A stretch of DNA of 64,000 bases from Okamejei kenojei (Eukaryota), in contig CM069140.1 in the NCBI GenBank assembly GCA_035221665.1, forward strand, positions 41,974,001 through 42,038,000. Direction: 5' to 3'. Below are positions 37,270 to 48,706 of the stretch, in pieces. The notes under the pieces are model-generated. The model saw only the letters and a program-made list of their open reading frames with translations, did no database searches and had not been told where the DNA came from. The position numbers and the translations under genes are program-made. Within the stretch, counting starts at the first letter, position 1. Each line of letters begins with the position of its first letter.

Positions 37270-37720
37270 CAGGCTATTGCAGGCTATGCTTTGGGATATT
37301 AAGTAAGCTGAAGGAAGGAATAAAACATAAGAATTGATACTGAGCGGAACACAGATAAGACAATATTGGAAGTACCACTGATACTGCTGTGATAATAAAA
37401 AAAAGGGTTAAGGACAATAATTCAAAGACTGGAAATGGTAAAGCCAGAATATTACTTTCATTACAATACTGAAGGGAGGGAAAAGAGCACAGATCTAAAA
37501 TCATTAAAAAGATAATTTAGGGTTGATGTCCGCAGGAAATACTGTTTTCCACAAAGAGACCAACATGTGGAATAAACCTCCCAGAGGAATAGTGGGAACA
37601 GAACCCTTGGAATCTTTTAAAAAGCAATTGGATAATGAAAATAAGTAGCTTCAGGATTTTTCAAGCTAAATTAACCAAGACAGTCCAAATGGGGTTTTCC
37701 ATCCATAAATGTGTTGTGAA
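37270..37720 (+). mobile_element. Very old CR1 3' fragment
   Basis: TTTTCCACAAAGAGACCAACATGTGGAATAAACCTCCCAGAGG...TCTTTTAAAAAGCAATTGGAT (FTQRxxxxWNxLP...SFKKQLD-like). Confidence 0.5.
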
Positions 37721-38629
37721 CTCAATGCCTCTGGGCTCAAAGCACTAAACTATACTGCTGCCTGATAGTTAGACAATGATCCCTCCTGGAAAGCAGCGGT
37801 GTGAGGGCAGAATTGTATTTGGCTATGAAGCAATTATAAGGACTCGGAATGAGTTACCCGCAATCCTTTCCTTTAATTCCCACTTCAAACCCCCACCTAC
37901 CAAAAATGGCAATGTGCCAGTCCGAATGTAAAGGAATGACAATGATTGTGCTAACTCATTGTGGGGCGAGATCAGGAGACATACTCTGCAGCCAGGTAAA
38001 TAGCCTTTAATGGTTGTCTGCTCTGTCTGCTCGGTGGGTTATTGGTTGGCTGATTAAGGCTCCAAAAAAAATAGTGGTATCATTTTGTAATAAGCATAGG
38101 ACCCATTATTTCCAAAGGAAGTAGTCTCTCAGTTGTTTCAGCAGGCAACTTGTTTACATCGGAGAATCCTAATGAAGATGGTGACCAACAAACCTATTCT
38201 GTGAATTAGCTTCAGGTAATCTATTATAGTAATTAGCAGCTTTGGGACATCTTTTCACCTGAGTTGTGACACTGTAATTTGTCCAGAATTTAAAATGTAA
38301 CTCAAAAATTAACAATGCTAGAAGATGTTAACATTTTTGAAAATGACAGATAGCTTAATGCATCAGGTTTTATGACCTCATCCACACTGGAACAAGATTC
38401 AAGAAACAATATCCCCAAATTCTACAAAACAAGACAGAAGATATCATTTGAAAAGTGAAACAAAAATGACAGATACTGAAAATCCAGAATAATCTAAGAC
38501 CACAAATTTCCTTTCTCCAGTCATTAGAAAGAATCTCTTTGACCAAGTTTTTGGTTGCCTTTCCTGATAACCTCCTTTCGTGACCTAGTGATAAAGTTTG
38601 CTTCATTGTATTCTCCAAAATACAGGCAA

Positions 38630-38965
38630 AGGGAGATACAACTTGGAAACAGGCCCTTTGGCACATTGAAGAAGACAGTCCAGGCACACATCCAGACCAA
38701 CCAGCAGCAGCTGTTTATACGCTGATCATACTCTAACTTATTTTATTCTCCCTAAACCACATCCTATCACTCACCTACCCACTAACTTACAGCAGCCAAT
38801 TAGACCACCAACTCACACCATTTGGAATGTGGGAGGAACATGAGCCTGAGGAAACCCATATGGTCACAGGGAAAACATGCAAACTCCATACAGACTGCAG
38901 CATAGGTCATGAATGAACCCAACTGTGAAGGAGCAGTTCTACAAGCTGCACCATTGTGCCACGTT
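38630..38965 (-). mobile_element. Older HE1-like SINE
   Basis: GGAAACAGGCCC tail and GGTCACAGGGAAAACATGCAAACTCCATACAGAC core, as in the SINE at 9737-10050. Confidence 0.75.
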
Positions 38966-39659
38966 GGTCTTGAGACTTTTTATTCAGGCACATTACAAAT
39001 GCAGGTTGTTGTTATTACTTGTTGTTTTTTACTTTTTGTAAATTGTAAATTTACTAAATTGTTTTATGCCATTACTTTTTCATCCAAATGACGATGCTGG
39101 TCACTGTTTGTGAAAGTTGCATAAAGAGCAAGGATTTCAAATCGAAGATACAAGGATCAACAGTTGGATTTCCTTGTATGATGCACTAAGATTGCCAGTT
39201 TCAGCACGGTATTCCAATTGATATGTTGCAAGTTGTCTGCAATTATTGCAATGTGGCACTGCAGCCGCACTTGTTCCAGACAGCTGTTGTAAGGACATAC
39301 TGGAACAAGTAATGTGTCGCTATACAAGCAGTATTCTGCCAGTTACAAAGGAACATCACCAATAAGTGAATGGATGCTGCAATGATTGCTATGGTTGGGG
39401 ATGTCTTAATACTCAAGCAAATTTTGCAAACAGTGGAAAAATAAAGCCCACAGGTAGCATATTCTAAGCACTCCTGGCAGCAAGTTAGCAGAGAGCTCTC
39501 TGAGTGCATTTGCTGAATGTATGCACTTTGAGAAAACTGTGCCTGTGCTGCCTGCTCATGTGGGCTGAAGGAAAACCAATTGACGGAGCCCTCTCTTTGA
39601 GGTGACCTCTTTAATTCAGAAGGAAGCAATAAATGGTGAGATGCTAGTTGGAGCCTCAG

Positions 39660-39861
39660 GTCCCGCACCAGCAGGATGAGGAGTAGCTTCTATAATAACA
39701 CCATCGCACTGCTGAACTCGGAGTCCCGCCGATAGATTTCCACATCTGTATTTATCTAAATATTGCTATCACTTCGTACTGTCACTAAACTGCATTTCGT
39801 TGTACCCATACTTGTATCTGTGCAATGACATTAAAGTTGAATTGAATTGAATTGAATTGAA
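39660..39861 (+). mobile_element. Rex1/Babar-clade LINE 3' end with (TTGAA)n tail
   Basis: RTSRMRSSFYNNTIALLNS (RLxNSFFPxAIRLLN-like ORF end), then TGCATTTCGTTG...GCAATGACATTAAAG(TTGAA)5. Confidence 0.75.
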
Positions 39862-39913
39862 CAGTCCTGAAGCCAGGACGCTTTCCTTGACCTCAATATT
39901 CACACAGTCCAGG

Positions 39914-40054
39914 GGGGTGGGAGATTGCAACCTTCACGTGGTCCGCCCTGTTTCGACGAATGCAATCAAACTGGTGTGCACAATCAAATAAGATCAAATA
40001 GAACAAGTTGCCCTACAACTTTAGGTTGTGCACGCCATACGCAAGAAGAAGAAG
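39914..40054 (+). mobile_element. Short non-LTR retroposon 3' fragment with (AAG)n tail and 10-bp TSD
   Basis: ACAGTCCAGG at 39904-39913 and 40055-40064. Ends GCCATACGC(AAG)4. A Vingi/Ingi or RTE affiliation is a guess. Confidence 0.75.
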
Positions 40055-40281
40055 ACAGTCCAGGCACACATTTAAGGATATACTAGACTAGGTGGGACCC
40101 GTTGGGTCCCATGTTCACAATTTCCACCTCTCCAACACAATTTCCACCTCTCCACCAATTCCAATATTGGTGACCAGCAAGGGGGGGGGGGGGGCTTTCT
40201 GGAGCGCTAGAATAGGTGTTGTGGGCCGATGGGACTGGTTTCCAGAGGGTTAGTATGGCCATTGTGGGCCGAATGGATTAT

Positions 40282-40598
40282 TGGGCTGGCAGCTCAGTCA
40301 CTCAGGCCTGGTGGGCTGGCAGCTCAGTCACTCAGGCCTGGTGGGCTGGCAGCTCAGTCACTCAGGCCTGGTGGGCTGGCAGCTCAGTCACTCAGGCCTG
40401 GTGGACTGGCAGCTCATTCACTCAGCCCTGGTGGGCTGTCAGCTCAGTCACTCAAGCCTGGTGGACTGGCAGCTCAGTCACTCAGACCTGGTGGTCAGGT
40501 AGCTCAGTCACTCAGGCCTGGTTTTCTGGCAGCTCAGTCACTAGGGCCTCGTGGGCTGGCAGTTCAGTCACTCAGGCCTGGTGGGCTGGCAACTCAGA
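40282..40598. repeat. 30-bp minisatellite, 10 full units plus a partial
   Basis: Unit TGGGCTGGCAGCTCAGTCACTCAGGCCTGG. The first four copies are identical and later copies are diverged. Confidence 0.97.
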
Positions 40599-41032
40599 AA
40601 CTGCCAGAAATTCTGCCCAAAACAGGTGAGAGACTCTGTGAGAGAGAGAAGGGGGAGAGGGTAGAGAATCCATTTTGGACTTTTTTTTTCTGCTAATCAT
40701 AGCAATGAAGGAGGAAAGTCTATCCTGGCCTGGATCTCACAGGGAGCCAATGAAGGGAGGGAGAAAAATACTGGGGTGAGATTTAATACTTGCAGGGGTA
40801 ATACCTACTGATGGGCCGAAGGACTCCTCCTGGGCTAGTACAGGCCTGATGGGCCAAAGGGGCTCTTTTTTTTTTCTTGTGAAATCTCAGCGAAAGACAC
40901 TTTTTCTGGACTTTTCCTGGCCTGGCATGGGCCTTTTGGGCCAAAATGCTCCTCTTGGGCTAATACGGGCATTTTGGGCAAAAGGGACTGGTTGCTCGGC
41001 TAATAGGGGCCTTGTGGGCCACAATTAGTGGT

Positions 41033-41492
41033 TTCAGGCAGGCCAAACAAATAATTTCATTTCATTTCCATTTCCATTTCAAATACAGGGCAGGCCAAAC
41101 AAGTAATTTCATTTCATTTCCATTTCAATTTCAAGCACAGGGCAGGCCAAACAACTCACTTCATTTCCATTTCCATTTCCATTTGCATTTGAATTTCAAG
41201 CACAGGGCAGGCTAAACAACTAATTTCATTTTGTTTTCATTTCATTTCCATTTCCATTGCAATTTCAAGCAAAGGGCAGGCCAAACAGCTCATTGCATTT
41301 TCATTTCATTTCCATTTCCACTGCAGTTTCAAGCACATGGCAGGCCAAACAGCTCATTGCATTTTCATTTAATTACCATTCCCACTGCAGTTTCGAGCAC
41401 AGGGCATGCCAAACAACTAATTGAATTTTCATTTCCATTTCCATTGCAGTTTCAAGCACAGGGTAGGCCAAACAACTCATTTCATTTTCATT
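41033..41492. repeat. Compound minisatellite: 8 CAGGGCAGGCCAAACA anchors with (CATTT/CCATTT)n spacers
   Basis: Anchors near 41036, 41087, 41138, 41203, 41272, 41336, 41400 and 41459; period about 51-70 bp. Confidence 0.93.
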
Positions 41493-42664
41493 AAGGGCTA
41501 AAAAATCATTTATTGCAAGTACATTGCAGACTCACAGTTCAGTTGATTCACAGCTTAGAATCACAGTTTTTGCCTCTCCCTCGCGATCTTCCAGAGTGAC
41601 TGACTGACATCCAGGCATCCAGGGTTTTATAGTCCTGCCCCCCCCCTTGCTGGTCAGCAATATTGGAAGGGGCATTACCATCATCATGGTGATTGACAGG
41701 CGAGAGGACCAATCAGCTGATCTCAAGATTTTTTAAACACTCATATCGTTTTTATTTTTCATCGATCTGAAAAATCCTCGGGGCTGCCTCAGCGGAGGAG
41801 GGCTGTGAGTAAGATGGCCAAAAATCAAAGCAATATAGGGCAGCTTTATTTCTAAAATCAATATACAGCGCAGACAGGAAGTAGTCAAGGTAAGACTTTT
41901 AGTTATATAGATGAGGTTACAGATGACTATGAAAACGGGAAATGAAGTCTAAGTGCTGGCCCTTTAAATAGCACAGAAACAGCAGGAACAAAGTTAATAG
42001 GAGCTAGTTGTTTTATAAAATAATGAGGTTGAAAATCTCACTGCAGATGAATTTTTGTTTGTTGCACTATTCAAGGTATTTTACTAGGGAGAACAAAGTT
42101 CCCTCTAACAAGTCAGGAGACAATTGCCCAGCAGGAGAAATGCATGCCTAATAGGTCAACTCTAAGCCGACTTGATTTTCAACTGAGCAAAACCTTTCTT
42201 TTGTATTTGTCCAAATTAATTTCTTGCTCTCTGACTTTGCTTTAAATATTATATTTCTACCTTTAATATTTCTGAAGTTTGGTAGTTTTAAAATGAGTGC
42301 ACAAAGTAAAAAGTGAGATTTCAACTTGAAAGTACAAAACTCTTCTTTGGTGTCTTGCTGAGAAATATTGAATATGCAATATCATCTGCAGTGCAAGACA
42401 ATTCACTGGCAGAAGAGCAAAGGATCTCTGCCTTTGAAATATAGAACATAGGATGCAGATGGTCTTATCTAGCTATCAATGTCTGTGCTCAAAAGCTAAC
42501 TTCACACTGATCTGAAAGCTCTTGGAACATTATTCAAGAGCATCCTATACCCTGCACTGCAGGCACCACTTTGGACATGAGAAAAATTCCAAGATTGTAA
42601 ACTTAAGACAAACTAGTTTCAGGAACACACTTGCCTTGAATGTCACTGTGGTCTCTATTCATCA

Positions 42665-42930
42665 GTAAAAACAGAAAATAACAGGGATAGTGAACAAGTA
42701 AGGTAGCATCAGTGGATGGAGGAACAAATGTAACATTTCTGGTCAGTGATTTTTCATTTGGATTTTGTTCTGTTCAACTGTTTCCCTTTATGCAACTTAA
42801 AATGTTTGTTTTCTTGCTTCACCAGTTTTGATAAAGGGTTATTGCCCTGAAACATTGACTCTGTCTGTTTCTCCACAGATGCTGCCTGACCTGCTGAGTA
42901 TCCCCACTGTTTGCTGTTTTTATTTCAGAG
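42665..42930. mobile_element. Old PLE-derived inverted element
   Basis: Right arm TTGATAAAGGGTTATTGCCCTGAAACATTGACTCTG...CAGATGCTGCCTGACCTGCTGAG; degenerate left arm. Confidence 0.6.
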
Positions 42931-43104
42931 TTTTTGGCTTTTCAATCATGCCCTCTATTTATTTCTATGCATTGGGTATGCAAGCAAAGAATTTCACTGT
43001 GCCTGGTAACATGTGACAATAAAGTATTCATTCCTATTCCTATTCTTATTTGTTTGTAGCAATATAGCAAAACTTATCATTCCATTTTGATAACTGTAGC
43101 TACT

Positions 43105-43335
43105 ATGTTCAGATTCTCCCACACCCACCTATGCTATTAAATTACAGGAGCCAATTAACCTGACCAGCCAGCACATCCTTGGGATGTGGGAGAAATTGGA
43201 GAAGCCAGGGAAAATCCATACAATCGCAGGGAGAACATGCAAATTCCACAAATGTTGCAGTAGAGGCTGGGATTGAACTGACCCTCTAGAGCTCTGAGAC
43301 AGTTGCCTTACCTAAAACACCATTGTGCTCCCACG
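43105..43335 (-). mobile_element. Old HE1-like SINE fragment
   Basis: GCCAATTAACC...TTGGGATGTGGGAG...GGGAGAACATGCAAATTCCACA core. Confidence 0.65.
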
Positions 43336-43439
43336 TTGCACTACAGCAAGGGTGCCAAGCCTAATTCAAGCAGATATACTAGTATCCTAATTTAAATCCT
43401 AAGGTGATCGGTTTTATGAATGACAATGGGCCTGTGTTC

Positions 43440-43820
43440 TGGGTTCCATTGAATAAGAGGTGATGTCACTGAAGTGTTTGTCATGTTTAAGGGTTAAGAG
43501 GGTGGATGCAGACGTGTTGTTTCCCTTGACGAGAATTCACAGCCTCAAAATGAGGAGCTGGTAAATCAGGATGGAGATAAGAAATATCTTCTTTCATTCA
43601 GACATAGTAAGTCACTGGAATTCTCTGCCTAAAAGGAATACTTCTTAAAGATACTCATGACCAAAAGCAATAGATTTTTAGATGTTAAGAGAACCATGGC
43701 ATGTAGGTAAGATTCAGAATAGTGGCACTGTGCTAAAAGATCAGCCATGATCTTATTGAATGAGGGATCAGGCACGTAGGGCTAAATGATCAACTCCTGC
43801 TTCCATTTACTGTTCTTATA
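43440..43820 (+). mobile_element. Old CR1 3' fragment
   Basis: AGAGGTGATGTCACTGAAGTGTTT (RGDxxEVF)...GATCAGCCATGATCTTATTGAATG tail. Confidence 0.7.
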
Positions 43821-44094
43821 ACCTCCTCTGACCACTGACCGCCTCATGCTGTTAGACTCCACAAACTCCTTCTACACCCTCACTCTCTCCCAACTCCACC
43901 CACAGTCTGCATCCATTCCACTCTGACCACCGATCTTTTTGATTGTGGCTGGTCATGCTCATTGCCCCAAGGTTTTCCTACTTCATGGCTTACTGATGTC
44001 CAAACTGACTGTTATCAAATTCATCTGAGATTTTCTCATGAAATTCAGCAGGGCCACTGTGTCTCTTTTATTTTGAAATGTTCACCTAAAATTT

Positions 44095-44740
44095 ATTAAG
44101 GAAGGCGAATGCAATGGTAGCATTTATTTTTAGAGGGTTTGAATACAAAAAAAAACATGAATGTATTACTGAGGCTTTATAAGACACTGGTCAGACCGCA
44201 TTTGGAGTATTGTGAACAGCTTTGGGCCCCTATCTGAGGAAGGATGAGCTGGCATTGGAGAGGGTCCAGAGGAGGTTTATGAGAATGGTCCCAGGAATGA
44301 TTGGGTTAACATATGATGAACGTTTGGGTGACACTGGGCTTGTACATGCTAGAGTTATAGAAAGATGATGGGGACCTCATTGCAATTTACTGAATAGTGA
44401 AAGGCCTGGATAGAGTGGATGTGGAGAGTATGGTTCCACTAGTGGGACACTCTAGGAGCAGAGGCCATAGCCTCAGAATAACAGAACGTATCTTTAGAAA
44501 GATGAGGAATAATTTTTTTTGTCATAGGGTGGTGAATCTGTGGAATTCATTGCCACCGAAGGCTGTGGAGGCCATCAATGGTTAATTCTGAGGTGCAAAT
44601 CGATTAGTACGGGGGTCAGGGGTTATGGGGAGCAGGCAGAAGAATGGGGTCAAGAGCAAAAGATAGATCAGCCATGATTGACGGTGGAGTAGACTTGGTG
44701 GGTCGAATAGTCTAATTCTGTTCCAACAACTTATGAACGT
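44095..44740 (+). mobile_element. CR1 LINE 3' part, degenerate
   Basis: LVRPHLEYCEQLWAP, KGLDRVDVESMVPLVG..SRGHSLRI, FFCHRVVNLWNSLP and a TTATGAAC tail. Confidence 0.9.
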
Positions 44741-46659
44741 GAACAAATCATCCCTGCTCTTTGTCTGCTTACCCATTGGTGTTGGAGCCAAGGCTGTGAC
44801 TTGGACAGTGAGTGACCATAATATTTTATAGCAGTTTTTAGGTCGCAAAATGTACCAAAATATTTTACACTAGCTTTGCACAACAAACTAACCTCAACAT
44901 GCATCTCCAAATGCACAGTGTTTTTCATCAGTGAGAAGTTGACAACAGCAAAGTGGCTGAATTACTTGACCGGCAAATTAATTAGCTTAGTTGAGCAGTG
45001 CAGATAGTCATCTATTATTGTTTTGTTCAATGATATAAATCTATGACTGACAAGTGCCTTTTTGCAGTCTCTTTTCCTATTATTTCGTTTAAAAGTTCTT
45101 AGTGATTAATGATTTATTATTGTGCTGAAAAGGAAAATAAACTCACAAACTAATGAACACAGATCAAAAAGACAAAAAAACTATAATTTATCGTTAGAAC
45201 TATATTCCTCATACACATAAACATCCCAATCGATATTCTGTGGGAACCTTCTGTAAACAACCCTACAAAAACAAGTGCAAGCTCTCTTGGGGTTGAAAGC
45301 AGTGTGGAAAGTTTTTGTTTGAAGTGTTTCAACTTATACAAGATGCTGTTTGACAACATTTGCCCTTTACCAACTGCTTTTCGAGCCAATCATGTGTCTC
45401 ATACAGTTGTGAGACTTCAAAAATCTTCCAAATTAGTACTCAGTTTATGTGACAAACTACACTTTCTCGTTCCAAAATAAGATGTAACAGATTGCATCAT
45501 TTCAACATAGTTCGGCCACTTGCCAAACATGAATCAATTTACTTGTCAGCGATATTGACTTAAAGTTTTTTCCCTGCAAATTAATTATCATCCAATGGTC
45601 CAAACAGACTATTTGGTATAATGTGGCAATATGAGTTATTAGCACTGGAATTAGTTTGAAACTTAAAGGTCTATGCATAATGTCTGTATAAAGTCAAATC
45701 CTCCGCAACTCCCTGATGATGAAGTGAATTGCAGTGAATAAGTCCCTTGGATAATGCCTTCATCATACCTTTTGTTATTGATTTTAATGACAAAGTTAAA
45801 CTTAGAATTTAAATTTATTTTACTTTTTACTTAGTTAAAATTTGATAAAGGTAAATATTTTTTTTTTTGCGTAACGCATACTGTGCCTTTCCCTTCTAAA
45901 TACATAAGATGCACAAATCACTTCCAGGCACAGATGGGGAAGGTTGGAAGTGTAAGATAATGCTGGAAAAAAATAATTCTAACAGATGTTTGAAGACTTA
46001 AAAAATTATAGAAAATTTGAGAATCAATTGTCGCATGTTTAGAGGTCAGACTGAATCTTGTTGGTCATTGTAAAATCAAGCCAGATGCTTTAGAGGTAAC
46101 CTGATCATTATGATTTAACCCTATGAGAGATATATTTATTAATAGATATGTAACTACATTTATTTTGCACAGCATAACTTCAGTTCAGCTGTTGGTTATG
46201 TATTCATGCAAAGATCAAGCTGGTTATAAAATTTGTTCTTTCACACTTCATTAATTATTGATGTTTGGCAGTTGTGTGATTTTGAGCTGCGGTTCGGGGA
46301 GCTCTTGTGCTGCAGAGTAAATGCTGCACTGTTCCAGTGCAAAATCCCAGTCCAGACTGGTACTTTACTAATTAGAGAGTGGTCAGGTGCTCAATCTGCT
46401 CCTTGATGCAATCTGCTATTGGCTGCAGGTCTTCCTGCCGATGAGAAACATGATCACAACAATACTTTTAAGCAAGTGAAATTGCCACACTTCAATCTCA
46501 CGTCACCATTTCATTACAGCTCAGAGAGCTTGGTAAAGTTAAAGGCAAGGGATTCTCTGTCTGCCAAGTTCTCAATCTCTGTCCTTCTATACAGGGAGTA
46601 AGGACAACTCTTCTTTACACTGCTACTTGCTTGAATGCATGATTTAAGCTGAAGAACGG

Positions 46660-47020
46660 ATCCACAGGTGCCAAGAACCATCCAAAATTCTCCCAAGTGG
46701 ACATTATTCATGGATGAGCCTGGACACAAATGTTATCACATTAGGCAGAAATTGCAGCTGAGCCTCGATCCATCCTTACCCAATGTCCACATGTGCACAG
46801 TCCAGTAGGGATTACCAGATAGCAGTAAAAAATGGAAGCACTAGCTCATCTTGTTTTGTTTCCACTCCCAGGAGCATGGAAGCCAATTGCACTGCCTGTT
46901 ATGTTGCCCTGGCTGAGAGCAGCTAATTCAGCTAATTTGGAAGACTGGGGATTGGATTCAAGACTGTTCAGTATGGTTCAGCAGCACACTGGATAGTTTA
47001 CATACCCATTGAGCAGCTGT
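46660..47020 (-). mobile_element. Ancient tRNA-type SINE (degenerate)
   Basis: Minus head GCTCAATGGGTA and motifs shared with 24040-24410. Confidence 0.45.
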
Positions 47021-48279
47021 AAGAAAAGAGGGTTAATTACTCCTGGCTGCCGAGCAACATTAACAGAAGCACAATCAGAATCTCTCCTACTACTGTGTTG
47101 GCAGGATGACCTAGAGAAGGGAGATTATAACTAATAAAAATGAAGATTTCAATAATTATAAATGAATCATGTGAAACACATTTGCACTGACTATTGCAGG
47201 AGCAATCACTAGGTCAAACATTTCACAATTTATAGACCTGTTTTCCATTTTTTCATTGTTCAGGTTAATAAACTATGTGATTTTGGATTGGTAGATCAGT
47301 GAAAATATAATTCTGTACTATTCCTTCATTAGTGAAATTTGGAAAATGAGCATGGGTAGCAAAGTAGCTTGTAACTTTTTAACTACATAATGTAACATTT
47401 CCAAGTACCGTGGTAATGGTGAACAAATCAAACACAAGTCGCTAAATTCAAACCTTAAGAATTTTACAATGAGGATAGCATGAAAACCGGTGAAACATTT
47501 TCTCCTGGAGAATATTTCTTATTGTGTATGGTTTAAATCATGGAGGGCAAAGAAGGAGGAAAGCTGGGAGCCAGTTACTGATGTTATGCATAAGGAATGT
47601 TAACAAAAGTAAGATGACATTATATTTTGGACTTCTTCTGACCCTGACTCCGCTTTCTGTTTGCCTGACCTGACAAGAAACCACAAGCATATGGTTCTAG
47701 TTAAAACAGCAATCAAGCCCAATCTTGTCACTGGAGCTCAATCTGCACAGTTAAACAAGATTCCTACTGATTCCCAGTGAGTGTCCTTGCTGTCCGTTCA
47801 GAAGTAGAGGTTACAATGCGATCTCAGGTGCTAATCTTTAACTTCTCACCCACCTGGCCCCAGCTAGATGAACCAAGTTAAAATCTCCCTGTGTGTGTGT
47901 GGAGCTCTGTCTGCCAACATTTTCCTTTAACCTGGATGTTTCTTTCTTTCTTAAAACCAATCTATGTCTTGGTTCAATTTATGAAATCTTAGGGAATGAA
48001 AAATTGAATAAAAACATGGTACTCCATCCATTTCATCACAATTTACTCACGCCAGGTGTGGTGATCAAATAAAGTTTGGATTGCGCCCTGCAGCTCCTTT
48101 TAAAGTTTGTGACTAACTTTTTTGAAATTAAAATGTGATGGCATTTGTAATCAATTAATGGGAATGATTGATTGGAAGTGAAGAACCAGGAGAATTTTGA
48201 GGCCCACGCCTCATATAAATAGAAGCATCGAGGAATTTACTCATGTTGAGCTGTTCTAATCCATCTTGCCAGATTGAGG

Positions 48280-48706
48280 ACTGATGTCAGGGGAGGGGGC
48301 AGGACAGAGATACAACATTGTTGGAGACAGTAAGACTAGTGGGAGAATTGGGAAGGGGGAGGGGATGGAGAGTGAGGCCCAGCGCAAATTGGAGCAACAG
48401 CACCTCATATTTCGCTTGGGTAGTTTACACCAGCGTTATGAACATTGACTTCTCTAACTTCAGATAGCCCTTGCTTTCTCTCTCCATCCCCTCCCCCTTC
48501 CTAGTTCTCCCACTAGTCTTACTGTCTCCGACTACATTCGATCTTTGTCCCGCCCCCTCCCCTGACATCAGTCTGAAGAAGGGTCTTGACCGGAAGGAAT
48601 GTAGTCACCCGTTCCTTCTCTCCAGAGATGCTGCCTGTCCAACTGATTTACTCCAGCATTTTGTATCTACCTACGATTTAAACCAGCATCTGCAGTTCTT
48701 TGCTAC
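48280..48706 (+). mobile_element. Penelope-like insertion with inverted 5' pLTR segment
   Basis: 48280-48370 is the reverse complement of 48481-48573. The + part encodes the GIY-YIG end EAQRKLEQQHLIFRLGSLH..MNIDFSNFR. Confidence 0.88.

Larger units (their letters stand above)
40083..41911 (-). mobile_element. Non-autonomous Helitron (1829 bp)
   Basis: Minus strand 5' end A|TCTATATAACTAAAAG at 41911. 3' end TGGGACCC-AAC-GGGTCCCA hairpin (40093-40111), then CCTAGTCTAG|T at 40083. Inserted between A and T with no TSD. Confidence 0.85.

Noticed and set aside
40216-40696. 137-aa and 155-aa repetitive ORFs as real proteins
   Set aside because: They are a by-product of a stop-free 30-bp minisatellite open in all three frames, with no independent coding evidence.
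41033-41492. CRISPR-like repeat-spacer array
   Set aside because: The spacers are all (CATTT)n variants rather than unique sequences, there are no cas genes, and the context is vertebrate.
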